Shown piece after piece: positions 1 to 11,809 of a stretch of 64,000 bases of DNA. The notes beneath the pieces are model-generated. The model did not search any database. It had not been told where the DNA came from and was given only the letters and a program-made list of their open reading frames with translations. The translations under genes were made by a program, and so were the position numbers. Source of the stretch: Squalus acanthias (Eukaryota); assembly GCA_030390025.1 (NCBI GenBank), contig CM059428.1, positions 19,902,001 to 19,966,000 of the forward strand. Direction: 5' to 3'. Position 1 is the stretch's first letter. Each line of letters opens with the position of its first letter.

Positions 1-155
1 TGCACATTTAGTACTAACAAGTGGTTGTGTCACAACTCTAAAGATCTACCACGCACCAAAGTCCATTGAACCAGCCGTGTGTACAGTTAGTATGCCATTG
101 TTATAAGTGAGAAGTCGCACAACACCAGGTTATAGTCCAACAGTTTTATTTGAAA

Positions 156-192
156 TCACAAGCTTTCAGAGTGCTGCTCCTTCGTCAGGTGA
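156..192 (-). ncRNA. Mirror copy of the hammerhead motif, stem II weakened
   Basis: Reverse complement reads TCAC-CTGACGAA-GGAGC-AGC-ACTCT-GAAAGCTT-GTGA, with two CpG-type changes in stem II. Confidence 0.65.
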
Positions 193-2342
193 AGTGAAGA
201 GATGTATATCGGCACAGCATATATAGTCAGAGAACACTGCCAGACGATTACAGTTAATCTTTCTAACTGCCCTTTATCACACCTCGGCAGAGAGACAATC
301 ACGGCAATCAAAGGTGTGAATGGTGTTCAAACAGGTCAGTCAGGAAAACATTGCATCAAAGACAATGAGGTGGGGTCACAAGGGGTCAAATGTGGCAGAT
401 GCTGGGGTCTGTATAGAAAACAAAAAACTTTTTTTGCTGGAAATCACAGCAGGTCCGGCCGCATCTGTGTAGAGAGAACAAGCCAACGACGACTCGAGTC
501 TGGATGACTCTACGTCAGGTGGGGTTACATGTAGCGTGACATGAACCCAAGATCCCGGTTGAGGCCGTCCTCATGGGTGCGGAACTTGGCTATCGGTTTC
601 TGCTCGATGATTTTGCGTTGTCGTGTGTCTCAAAGGCCGCCTTGGAGAATGCTTACCCGAAGATCGGAGGCTGAATATCCTTGACTGCTGAAGTGTTCCC
701 CGACTGGGAGGGAACACTCCTGCCTGGCGATTGTTGCGCGGTGTCCGTTCATACGTTGTCGCAGTGTCTGCATGGTCTCGCCGATGTACCATGCTCCGGG
801 GCATCCTTTCCTGCAACGTATGAGGTAGACAACGTTGGCCGAGTCACATGAGTATGTACCATGTACCTGGTGGGTGGTGTCCTCACGTGTGATGATGGTA
901 TCTGTGTTGATGATCTGGCATGTCTTGCAGAGGTTGCCATGGCAGGGTTGTGTGGTGTCGTGGACGCTGTTCTCCTGAAAGCTGGGTAATTTGCTGCGAA
1001 CAATGGTCTGTTTGAGGTTAGGCGGCTGTTTGAAGGCGAGTAGTGGAGGCGTGGGGATGGCCTTAGCGAGGTGTTCATCGTCATCGATGACATGTTGAAG
1101 GCTGTGAAGAACATGGCGTAGTTTCTCCGCTCCGGGGAAGTACTGGACGACGTAGGGTACTCTGTTGGTTGTGTCCCGTGTTCGTCTTCTGAGGAGGTCT
1201 ATGCGATTTTCCGCTGTGGCCCGTCGGAACTGTCGATCGATGAGTCGAGCATCATATCCGAGTCGAGTCTAGCGGGATATGACTCTCGACTTGTCGATCG
1301 ACAGTTCCGACGGGCCACAGCGGAAAATCGCATAGACCTCCTCAGAAGACGAACACGGGACACAACCAACAGAGTACCCTACGTCGTCCAGTACTTCCCC
1401 GGAGCGGAGAAACTACACCATGTTCTTCGCAGCCTTCAACATGTCATCAATGACGACGAACACCTCGCTAAGGCCATCCCCGCGCCTCCACTACTCGCCT
1501 TCAAACAGCCGCCTAACCTCAAACAGACCATTGTTCGCAGCAAATTACCCAGCTTTCAGGAGAACAGCGTCCACAACACCACACAACCCTGCCACGGCAA
1601 CCTCTGCAAGACACGCCAGATCATCAACACAGATACCATCATCACACGTGAGGACACCACCCACCAGGTACATGGTATATATTCATGTGACTCGGCCAAC
1701 GTTGTCTACCTCATACGTTGCAGGAAAGGATGCCTCGGAGCATGGTACATCGGCAAGACCATGCAGACACTGCGACAACGTATGAACGGACACCGCGCAA
1801 CAATCGCCAGGCAGGAATGTCCCTCCCAGTCGGGGAACACTTCAGCAGTCAAGGACATTCAGCCTCCGATCTTCGGGTAAGCGTTCTCCAAGGCGGCCTT
1901 CGAGACACACGACAACGCAAAATCGTCGAGCAGAAACTGATAGCCAAGTTCCGTAACCCATGAGGACGGCCTCAACCGGGATCTTGGGTTCATGTCACGC
2001 TACATGTAACCCCACCTGACATAGAGTCATCCAGACTCGAGTCGTCGTTGGCTTGTTCTCTCTACACAGATGCGGCCGGACCTGCTGTGATTTCCAGCAA
2101 AAAAAGTTTTTTGTTTTCCATACAGACCCCAGCATCTGCCACAATTGACCCCTTGTGACCCCACCTCATTGTCTTTGATGTAATATTTTCCTGACTGACC
2201 TGTTTGAACACCATTCACACCTTTGATTGCCGTGATTGTCTCTCTGCCGAGGTGTGATAAAGGGCACTTAGAAAGATTAACTGTAATTGTCTGGCAGTGT
2301 TCTCCTGACTATATATGCTGTGCCTATATGCATCTCTTCACT

Positions 2343-2379
2343 TCACCTGACGAAGGAGCAGCGCTCCGAAAGCTTGTGA
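2343..2379 (+). ncRNA. Minimal type I hammerhead ribozyme motif in the Penelope 3' region
   Basis: TCAC-CTGACGA-A-GGAGC(AGC)GCTCC-GAAA-GCTT-GTGA: core CUGAnGA/GAAA, 5-bp stem II, stem I TCAC/GTGA and palindromic AAGCTT stem III, the layout described for PLE-associated hammerheads. Confidence 0.8.
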
Positions 2380-2892
2380 TTTCAAATAAAGCTGTTGGAC
2401 TCTAACCTGGTGTTGTGCGACTTCTCACATTTGTCCACCCCAGTCCAACACCGGCATCTCCACATCATTGTTATAAGTGAGAGTGTAGATGGAATTGTGC
2501 CAGATACACTTTAAGATGGAAAAATGACCAATAGGGAAGGGTTAAAAATTGAAATATATATAATGCTCAGTTTGAGACCTGCATTTATGTAGTGAAAATT
2601 AAAGCAGGATATGTTATAGGGTGACTTAAGTAATTGAGAGTCCAATGGCTTTTTCAATTTAATTTACTTGCTTTAGTTGAGTGACTTTTGTCTGTTCTCA
2701 GCTAATTGAAGTGACTAAGGATAATTCACAACTGTTATTTTGAAAACTTAAACTTTTTATTGTACCAGGATTTTCATTTTGATCTATTAACTAGTTCATT
2801 GTTTTTCATATACAATCTATTCCTGATAATTCAATGTTTCTGCACTTGAAACATTGACTTAAAAAAAATGGACTTATCTGAAAATTGGAATT

Positions 2893-3213
2893 AACAACAA
2901 TTAAAGGTGCATCTATACAACATCTTTAACACAGAAAAACATCCCAAGGTACTTCAGGGGTGTAATCTGAATAAAATGGATGCTGACTCAAAGGAGGAGA
3001 CATTAGGAGGAGTGACCAGAAGCTTGGTCAAAGAGGTGGGTTTTAAGAAGGGTGTTAAAGAAAGAGAGGCACAGGTTTAGAGAGGGAATTCTGGAACATG
3101 GGGCCTAGACTGATGAAGGCACTGCTGCCAGTGTTGGAGCAATGGGAGGGATGGGATGCACAAAGGTTAGAGGAACACAACGTTTGTGGGAGGGGTAGTA
3201 GGTTACAGAGATA
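2893..3213 (-). mobile_element. L2 LINE 3' fragment
   Basis: Reverse complement resembles the 3' end of the L2 at ~9700-9940 (gaccagaagcttggtcaaagaggtgggttttaag; aacaacaa tail). Confidence 0.7.
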
Positions 3214-3215
3214 GA

Positions 3216-4627
3216 GCCCCCGAATTTAGATGGAGGGTGGGAACGGACCGTGTGATAACAGAAGCGGGCGTCGAGTCAGCAACTTCGGGAGACGTGGAGG
3301 CCAGGCCGATTTTAACAGCCAGGCCTCATTTACATAAGGCTTCCAGGTTTCCCGGCCAAGTGACACGACTGCCGGTGCCCCTCCCAACCCGCATGAAGCA
3401 ATCTCCAGTGGGAGTCTCGGCCACTATTCAAAGCGCCAGGGCATCTCTTCAAGGGAGGCTGCATTCAGTCAGGGCTCAAATCTGAGTAATTGTAAATCAT
3501 TGGTGGAAAGTCTCTACGTGTCTGCAGTTGTGCCTTCTCTGCTCCCATACTGGTGGAGGCTAGCTTGTCCAACTTGGGATCTTCAGCTAGTTCACGTGGC
3601 ATGGTGGAGGGATCAGTTTGTAATCCTTGATAGTGTAGCAGTAAAGGAAAGAAAGCTTCAAACAGTCATTGTGCAGGACTCACTGCCTTTGAAGGGGGAA
3701 CTTGATGACATGTTCTAATGCTCTGTTCTGATATGAAAGACAGGCTTCTGGCTTGCATTCCAATATCCTATACCTGATGTCCCCTATTTAGGCCACTGCT
3801 GGCGAGCATCTGTTCCTGGCAGCCAGTAATCAGCCTTCGTACATAGAATCAAAGGTATTGCCTCAGATCCGACTGCATTCTATTCTCAAGACTGTCCTTC
3901 CCTGAGCAATGAGTTACTTGAATGATGGACTCTGCATTAGACATAGCACCAATCCGAATAATCGGGGCTATTCCTCCATGTTGCTTGGTCCTTGGATCAC
4001 AAGATTTCCATTGCAGCTGTCATGTTGGTACCATTCCCTCTCTGGTGAACATGGTTGGTCAAGCACATCAGCCATGCTAGAGATGGAGCTACTAATCTGA
4101 ATTGGAAGTATTCATCCAGGCAATGATCTCCCCATCTTGCCCAGCCACTCACCCTGTATGGTGGCCAGGACATTGTGCATATTGTTTTGGTGTTCAACTT
4201 CCTCACGTAGTTGATGGCTCCACTGACCTCTTCTGACTTTTTAGGAAGAAGTCGTTAAATTCCCAAAAAACACAACACTGACTACAAATTCACAGCCCGC
4301 AATACAGTGAAAGACTACAGCTGTATTGTCATTGTGGCCTCTTTATATCCAGCACACTGAAAAGTGCCGATCCAATCCCACCAGGGTTCCCCGAGCAATG
4401 TTCCCTTCCTCCGTGTTTCCCGTGCTACACCAGTTAAAATTACACTGGGGTCCTAATTGTGTAATACATATATCCATGAGCGCCTCTCCATAGCGGGAGA
4501 CTTGTCGGCCCCAATAATCACCGCCGTTAATATTGAAGCGGGTTGAGTGCGGGATCACCGCTTCTGCCACTTTAACCTCTCGCCCGACCCTTTCCTGTCC
4601 ATCAGGGACGGGGTTAAAAGCAAGGTC
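3216..4627. mobile_element. Probable decayed non-autonomous DNA transposon (Harbinger-type) interrupting the L2 fragment
   Basis: GC-rich subterminal blocks at both ends, weak TIRs (GCCCCCGAATTTA / TAAAAGCAAGGTC), flanks AGA/AGG. Confidence 0.35.
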
Positions 4628-5121
4628 AGGGAGTTACTGTTTAGCTGATGTGGAATGTGCACATTCTCCCTGTAGGGACAAATCCCACTTAGCTAAGTGC
4701 AAAGAGCTTGGGTGCATTTTGACAGGACGGACTTAGGGGCACAGGAATACTGCTGGAGGTGAACCAAGTGAAAGCATGCAGCCTACCAGCGCAGTTAACT
4801 GGTAATCTTCCTGCTGCTTGTTCACCAGGGTCACCCAAACCATCAGATCTTTGACTTGTAGGGTTATTTGGAGCTACAGTAGTGGGAATAATCCCAGTGA
4901 CAGACATGCCCCTCTAGGTTCCATCAGTGAGACAGGCTGGCTGTTCAATCATCATTGTAACAGTACAAACCAGCCTGGGTTAATTTGTCTTTCTTAACTA
5001 GCTCAACAATAAAAATTGGACCATAAACTTTAACTATATTGTAATACTTATTCATGTGTGTATAATTTTGAACATGAGTAGTGAGTTTCTAACCTTTTTC
5101 ATTTTTTTTTGTCTCCTTTAG

Positions 5122-5166
5122 GATGGCTCGTATCTGGCAGAATTTCTGTTGGAAAAGGGCTATGAG
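5122..5166 (+). CDS. GMDS: GDP-mannose 4,6-dehydratase, coding exon (exon 2 equivalent, 45 nt)
   Basis: Polypyrimidine tract + AG, then DGSYLAEFLLEKGYE, then GTGAGA donor; phase 0/0. Confidence 0.96.
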
Positions 5167-6079
5167 GTGAGAGAATGCAGACTTGACTGGCTGCTTTTAA
5201 CTGCATTTACTCAGTTTCCTGTCTTGCTGTACTGTGTATTTTCCAGTGAAGTGGAGCTAAATAATCTCTGCTGTAGAAAAGAATATGCGACATGGCAAAC
5301 ATTTTGTGCCAAACCATGGTCTTCACTTGGGTCTGTTGCCATGTATGTTTATACAGTCAGATAAGCAACAACCTGCAGAAAGGGACATAAATGCTTAATA
5401 AAGAAGTTGGAAATTGCACTGCCTATTATTGAATTCTTGACCCATTTAAAAGCACTTTAGGGAATTAAACAACTTGGTGGATGAGTTTGAGAGACTGGAC
5501 TATCTGGTGCAAAATCACTTGGGGATCAACTGTAAATGTACTGGATTATGTGACCGGGTCTGCGATATCATCAATTGTCCCCATCACCTAGAGTAAGAGA
5601 AAATAACATCATTTAACTCCTTAAGTAGTGCATTTCCCTTTGAGCTTCCAAGATGCACAACTAGTTGATTATCAGATGAACCAGATGCAGTTGATTCATT
5701 AAAAACTGTTAATGGTTAGAAATCCTCTTTAATTGCTCCTCGTTTCTCTGCTGCTATACTGGATCTGCTTTTGTGCACTACTCACCTCCTCTGGACCCCT
5801 GGATCAATCTCTGCTAGCTCATGGCCTATTCTCTACTCCTCCTCGGCCCTCTGTTTTCCACAGGATGATCTTCAGCAGTTTGCCGACTGATACGCTGCCC
5901 CTTGAGCAATTCCTAGATTCACTTCCTCTCCACAAATTGTCTCCGAACCTAGACATTGGTTTGTTGATGCCCCAGGCTGACTCCACCCTATCTACAAGTC
6001 AATTTCATCTCATCATAGGACATCAGACTTTAATTTTGGATTCTCATGTTGTCTCCTTCCTGTCTTCTGTTTACGACTA

Positions 6080-9000
6080 GGTCATGTCTCTCCTAACCTT
6101 TGCCATACCTATGTAACCAACGATAATCTCGCCAACCTCCTTCCCGTCCCACTACCTCTTTGGACTCTGTCAACAGATCACAAGTCACCACCCCTCTCTA
6201 CACTTCCCTCACTTGCAAGCAAGGTTTTTGCCATTCAGGACCTAATTGTGGATAAATGCATTGACATTCTGGCTTTGATGGAAACTTGGCTTATCGATGG
6301 TGACTCCATGCCCCTTTCTGAAGCCTCCCCACATGGCAATACTTTCCACCACCTGGCTTACCCAAACCACTGTGTTGGCAGTGTAGCCCTTATCACCAAA
6401 TCACACCTTGGTCTCCCCTCTACTCCTTTGGTATCTTCTCTTCCTTCGAGCACCTCAGCTTATTTTGATCCTCTTGCCGCTCCTTTAAAATCCTTGTTCT
6501 CCACTTCCCCCAAGCCCCACCTTGAGTTTCTCACCGAGATATCTGCCTTCCTTTCTCCCTCAGCCTCTACACAGAGTGACTCCTTATCCTTGGTGATTTC
6601 AAACTCCATCTCAACTTGCCTTGCCCTCTCTCCTCCTAATTCCATTGATTTATTGTCCTCCCTTAAGGTCTGCATCCATCTAAACTTTCCTCCCCACATT
6701 CACCACCACCCGCTCGACCTTGCCATCTCACATGACCTCTATACTCCTATGATCTTGATCACTGACAAGGCCATCTCTGACCATTTCCTTGTATCCTTCA
6801 CCACCCACATTCCCATACCCCTTCCAACTCCACTTCCTTCTGCATCTCTCCCCAAGTCACTTATAACTGCACTTTCAAACTTCCAACTTTCTAGCCTTTG
6901 GCCTCCATTTGCCATGATACTTCTGTAGCTGATGATCTGCTCAAGCATTCCCTCTCCTCCACTTTGATGCTCTTATCCTCATTAAAACCCTTAGGGGGAG
7001 AAATTCAGTATCGCCCTGTTTGGGGCGCGATTATCGGCCGGGCGCAAAGTTTAGCGCCTGGCACTAATTATCGCCTCCGACTGCAAACTTGGCTTTTATC
7101 GCCCCTGGAGGTGATTGGAACACTAAATCAGGCGCTGCACACCTGTCTTAAGGCGCAAAGGCCGAGGAGTGAGGCGCTAACTCAGAGCGCTGGCGAAGCT
7201 CATGTGATGTCAGTCAGCGATGGAACACAGACGCACTGTCGGCGGCCAGTTCTTAAAGGGGATTGGGTCGATCTTGCTCTCCATCCACACCCTGCTCATT
7301 GCAGCCTTGAATCTAGGCCTGGAGAGACCTGTACATCAAATCTGTTGGAAAGAACAATGGAGAGGCCCAGGAAAGAGCTCAGAGTGCAGCCCCCACAGTC
7401 TCTTCTAAATCGATGCAAGGAAGATCAAATAAAAAAGAACCTGCAAAGTGCTGCTCAGTACCCAAAACTCCTCAACACAGCTTTGAATATCTCCTGCAGT
7501 CTCTCTCTCTCACTCAGAATGCGTGGTGAAAAAATTTCGCCGACAAAAAAAGGCAGGAAGCGGTCGCCTTTAAATAGCGCTCCCCAGTCCCTTCCTGACT
7601 GCAAAACACTCCCCTCAACCTGTCGTTGCTAGCGGCAAGCGGTAAGACAGGGGGCGCCACTCAATATCCGGTCCGGGGCGTTGCACGCTCGACTGATGTC
7701 ACAATCTGCGGGCGCAGGAGATCGTGGCGGTAGTGTTTAGCGCCGCCGCAAAATGTCTAGTCAATTTCATGAGCGGCGCAAACATCGCCGCGCACGGGCG
7801 CTAGTTGCTTTGCGCCACATTAGCGCCCTCTTAAGGCGCTAACGGGAGGTGCAAACCAACCGAATTTTTCCCCCCACCTTAGCTATTCCCCCTGATGTCC
7901 TGCATTTTCAGTCTCTCAAGTCCAAGGGGCATTGAGCACATGTGGCACACAACTAGTTTATCCATTCATTTCCAGATCTTGCAGGACCATATCATGCATG
8001 TCAATCAGGCCTTTCCATCCTCTGCCAAAACTGCTCACTACCCCAGGATCATCTCAGAGAGCAAAGATAACCCCCACTTCTTTTCTACATTACCAGCAGT
8101 CTGCTTAAACTCTCCTCCCCTACTCACTCCAACCTCGACTCCAACCAGTGTGAGAAGCTCAATGACTTTGTCAGTAAGATTGAAACCGTCCATTCAGTTG
8201 CCTCTGCCACATTCCCCCCTCCACCCCTTCCCTTTTCCACCAAGCTAAATCTCCCTTAAGGCTACCCCATGCCCTATCCTTGAACTTGTGTCTTTCTCTA
8301 GTTTCTCTCCGACTTCCTTTTATGTCCTCTCCAAGCTCATCTTGTCCATAAGACCCACCCCATGCTCCCTTGACCCCATTCTCACTAAACTACTGACCAC
8401 CCACCTTCTATTTCTGGCATGCTAGCTGACATTGTAAATGGCTTCCCCTCCTCAAGTACTGGCCTCTCTCCCCTTGAAAACTGCTGTCATCACCACCGCC
8501 TCAAATATCCCCCCTTGACCCCTTTCTCCTTGCAAACTCTCCATCTCCAACTTCCCTTTCCTCTCCAAAGTCCTTGAGCATGTTGTCGCCTCCCAAATAT
8601 ATGCCCATCTGTCCTGTAACTCCATGTTTGAAGCTCTCCAATCGGGTTTCTGTCTCTGCCACAGCACAGAATCGGCTCTAATCAAAGTCACAAATAACAT
8701 CCTCTGTAACTGTGACCCTGGTGCACTATCCCTCTTTATCCTTCTCTATCTCTTTGCTGCCTTTGACACGTCAACCACACCATCCTCCTCCAACGCCTCT
8801 CCTCAGTTGTCCAACTCCGTGAAACCTCCCTTACCTGGTTCCATTCTTATCTATCGAATCGTAGCCAGAGAATCACCTGCAATGACCTCTCTCCCCACTC
8901 CCGCATCGTTACCGCTGGAGTCCCCCAAGGCTCTATCCTTGGCCCCCTTTTATTTCTCATCTACATGCTGCCCCTCGGTGACTCATCCGAAAACATATCA

Positions 9001-9940
9001 GGTTCCACATGTACGCTGACGACACTCAGCTGTATCTCACCACCACCTCTCTTGACCCCTCCACTGTCTCTGATTTGTCACACTGCTCGTCCGACATTCA
9101 ATATTGGATGAGCAGAAATTTCCTCCAACTAAATATTGACAAGACTAAAGCCATTGTCTTTGGTCCCCGCAACAAACTCCGTTCCCTGGCCACCGTTTCC
9201 ATCCCTGGCAACTGTCTGAAGCTGAGCCAGTCCATTCACAACCTTGGTGTTGTGTTTGACCCCGAGATGAACTTCCAACCACATATCCACTCCATCACCA
9301 AGACTGCCTACTTTCACCTCCGTAACACCGCCCGACTCCGGGTCAGCCCGTCTGCTGCGGAAACCTTTGTTAGACTTGACTATTTCAATGCTCTCCTGGC
9401 CGGCCTCCCTTCTTCCATGCTGCATAAACTTGTGCTCATCCAAAACTCTGCTGCCCATATCTTAACTCTCATCAAGTCTCGTTCATCTATCACCCCTGTG
9501 CTTGCTGACCTACATTGGCTCCCGGTCTGACAATGCCTCAATTTTAAAATCCTTATCCTTCTTTTCAAAACCCTCTATGGCCTCGCCCCTCCCTATCTCT
9601 GTAACCTGCTCCAGCCCTACAAGCCTTCGAGATCTCTGCGCTCCTTCAATTCTGGCCTCTTGCGCATCCACGATTTTAATCGCTCCACATTGGCGGCTGT
9701 GCTTTCAGCTGCCTTGGCCCGAAGCTCAGGAATTCCCTCCCTAAACCTCTCTGTCTCGCTACCTCTTTCTCCTCCTTTCCTTAAAACCTACCTCTTTGAC
9801 CAAGTTTTTGGTCATCTGTCCTGATAGCTCCTTCTGTGGCTTGGTGTCAAAAATGTTTTTATTGATAATGCTCTTGTTAAGCGTCTTGGGACGTTTTGTT
9901 ACGTTAAAGGTGCTATATAAATGGAAGTTGTTGTTATTAT
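6080..9940 (+). mobile_element. L2 LINE, degenerate ORF2 (APE + RT) with 3' tail, interrupted by a MITE
   Basis: DILALMETWL and SDH (APE); [31 protein letters not shown] (RT and C-terminus); many frameshifts; ends gctatataaatggaagttgttgtt. Confidence 0.92.
6994..7874. mobile_element. Harbinger-type MITE inserted in the L2
   Basis: TIRs GGGGGAGAAATTC / GAATTTTTCCCCC; CpG-rich; termini shared with 33702-34466; no clean TSD visible. Confidence 0.8.
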
Positions 9941-9944
9941 CACT

Positions 9945-10157
9945 TTTGCCGATTACAGTTGTAGCCAGAGCATCTCCAGCAATGGCTTCTCTTCGCCCCC
10001 GCGCGTTACCTCTTGGGTCCCCCAAGGATCTATGCTTGTCCCCCTCCTCTTCCTCATTTATATGTTACCCTTTGGTGACATCATCCAAAGACATATACAC
10101 TGATGACACTCAGCTCTACCTCACCGCCATCTCACTCAACCCCTCCACTGCCTCTTG
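9945..10157 (+). mobile_element. Short L2 RT fragment
   Basis: [16 protein letters not shown] and YTDDTQLYL, homologous to ~8860-9065. Confidence 0.75.
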
Positions 10158-10899
10158 TTAGTAAAATAGATTTAAAATGGAATATGTAACCACCAGACAG
10201 ATCTGCTTTATTTTATAGACATGCATGTTTTAAGATAGAGGTTATTAGATTTTGAATTAAAATACTATGCAGACCATCGAATTGCAGCTGACGTTACAAC
10301 ACTAGTACTCTAATTGACCTTTTAACAAAAACAGTCCTACAAGCTCACCCCTGGGCAATTCAGTCAGGTGATAATATAACATTCCTTCAATTAGATGAAA
10401 GGCCTTTATTGTTCCGCTAATGTTACCACTTGCGGTTGTTTGTTTTGCAACTTTCCTTCAGCCCAATGATTTTAATTGGCAGGTGTGCTGAAAGTCACAT
10501 AGGGTGTAGTTTCAGGACTTGAATAGAGGGACGGTTAGTACCATAGTTGAGTTTGCACCCCCGGGGTAAGAAAGCTGACAATTACAGTTAAGGTAAAACA
10601 TCTTCTGGTGCCTCCCAAATTTGTTAATTATCAATCCGTTTAGTTTATGGATGCATCTTGTTCGATGAAGAACTTTACTGTACAACTATAATATTGCATG
10701 AATATTATAATGTGTTACTTTGTAGAATCTCTTGCAGGCAGAGTAGATTCCACAGTATTACAACTCATTTACTAAATGACTACAAAATATCTACTCTGGT
10801 GTTTTAGCCATTGTTCATGTATTAATGTGGTGCTAAACATTGAAACCTTTATTTTCAACACTTTGCATTCATGGACAGATTTGTGTGCACCTTTGGAAG

Positions 10900-11808
10900 T
10901 GGTTTAGTGAGTTGCAGTAAATTGTGAGACATAATGATACCCCCCGTGCAATGATGATTGGTGTGAAAGGAATGGCTTGGACATTGTAGGGGTGCTTTAT
11001 GTTATTGGTGTGGGGTGGTGCCAACCTGGTGCATCATGTGGCAGCCAGGGTGTACAGCGTCCAGTGAAGTAAATCTGGCCATGGTGATGCCATCCCTGGC
11101 CTCCCGGGCAGCAATGTCGTCAGGTGCTGATGCCCTGTGTCCTGTGCAGCATCAGTTGATTGCGGAAAAGGCTGGTGTTGTTGGTGGTGCTGGTGTGCCT
11201 GGTGATGCTGGTGTTGGAGCTGATCGTGGTGGGATTCGGAGGACCAAGGTGAGAGAGTTTTAAGGGCACCCACACTGATTGAATAGTTGACAGGTGAAGT
11301 AGAGATGACTGAAGCGATCTGTCAATGGTGGGAGAGGTAATGAGGTCAGACTGGATGGAGACTTGTGTAAAGACTTGCAGCATCCTGAGTCTGTAGTGGA
11401 AATGCAGTTTAGAGAAGCTAGTGGTTAAGGGAATATATCTCAATCAGCTGGGAACTTTGACTTTACATTTGAAGCTGTCAACTCATCAGCTGATTCAATG
11501 GCAATTGACCTCCCGCCTCAGCTTCACAGATGAGGTCTAGGCACAGCGGGAAACCGGTGGGCGACCTGCCAAATCCAAAAAGCTGGGAAAAAACCATTGA
11601 TAAGTGGCTGTAAACAAGCCACTAATGATTTTAATTGCCTCCCCCGCTGCTGCGTGTCGGGTCTGCTCAGCATTGACAGACCCGACATTTGGTAAAGGCG
11701 CCTGCCGGCGGGTTCACTGCAGGGTCCCGACCTGCTGGGGGGAAAAAAACACTTTTCCACCCGACCCGCCACTGATCGCGCTAGCTGACCCCCCGCAAAA
11801 TCCAGCCC
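10900..11808 (-). mobile_element. Internally deleted PIF/Harbinger element (left boundary uncertain)
   Basis: TIR GGGCTGGATTTTGC at the right end. The minus strand has a Q/H-rich segment (MGALK...QHQHHQ...AAQDTGHQH) joined to IAAREARDGITMARF, which resembles the two ends of Harbinger transposases. Confidence 0.55.
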
Positions 11809-11809
11809 C

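Larger units (their letters stand above)
107..2465. mobile_element. Penelope-like retroelement (GIY-YIG; Neptune-like), 5'-truncated, two inverted arms (107-1259 minus, 1275-2428 plus) plus 37-nt 3' tail
   Basis: Plus arm from 1275 translates GYDSRLVDRQF...CHGNLCKT...VVYLIRCRKGCLGAWYIGKT...RMNGHR (Cys linker + GIY-YIG endonuclease). The left arm is its reverse complement. Direct repeat CATTGTTATAAGTGAGA at 96-112 and 2466-2482. Confidence 0.93.

Noticed and set aside
202-2405. ORF-track ORFs occurring in mirrored pairs (121 aa, 81 aa etc.)
   Set aside because: Off-frame or antisense readings of the Penelope arms. The true GIY-YIG frame starts at 1275 without an ATG and is disrupted.
3500-4230. 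Possible coding relic inside the 3216-4627 element
   Set aside because: No convincing motif could be assigned in any frame.
6898-7632. 244-aa ORF as a possible novel gene
   Set aside because: Runs across the L2/MITE junction through GC-rich MITE sequence, with no recognisable domain.
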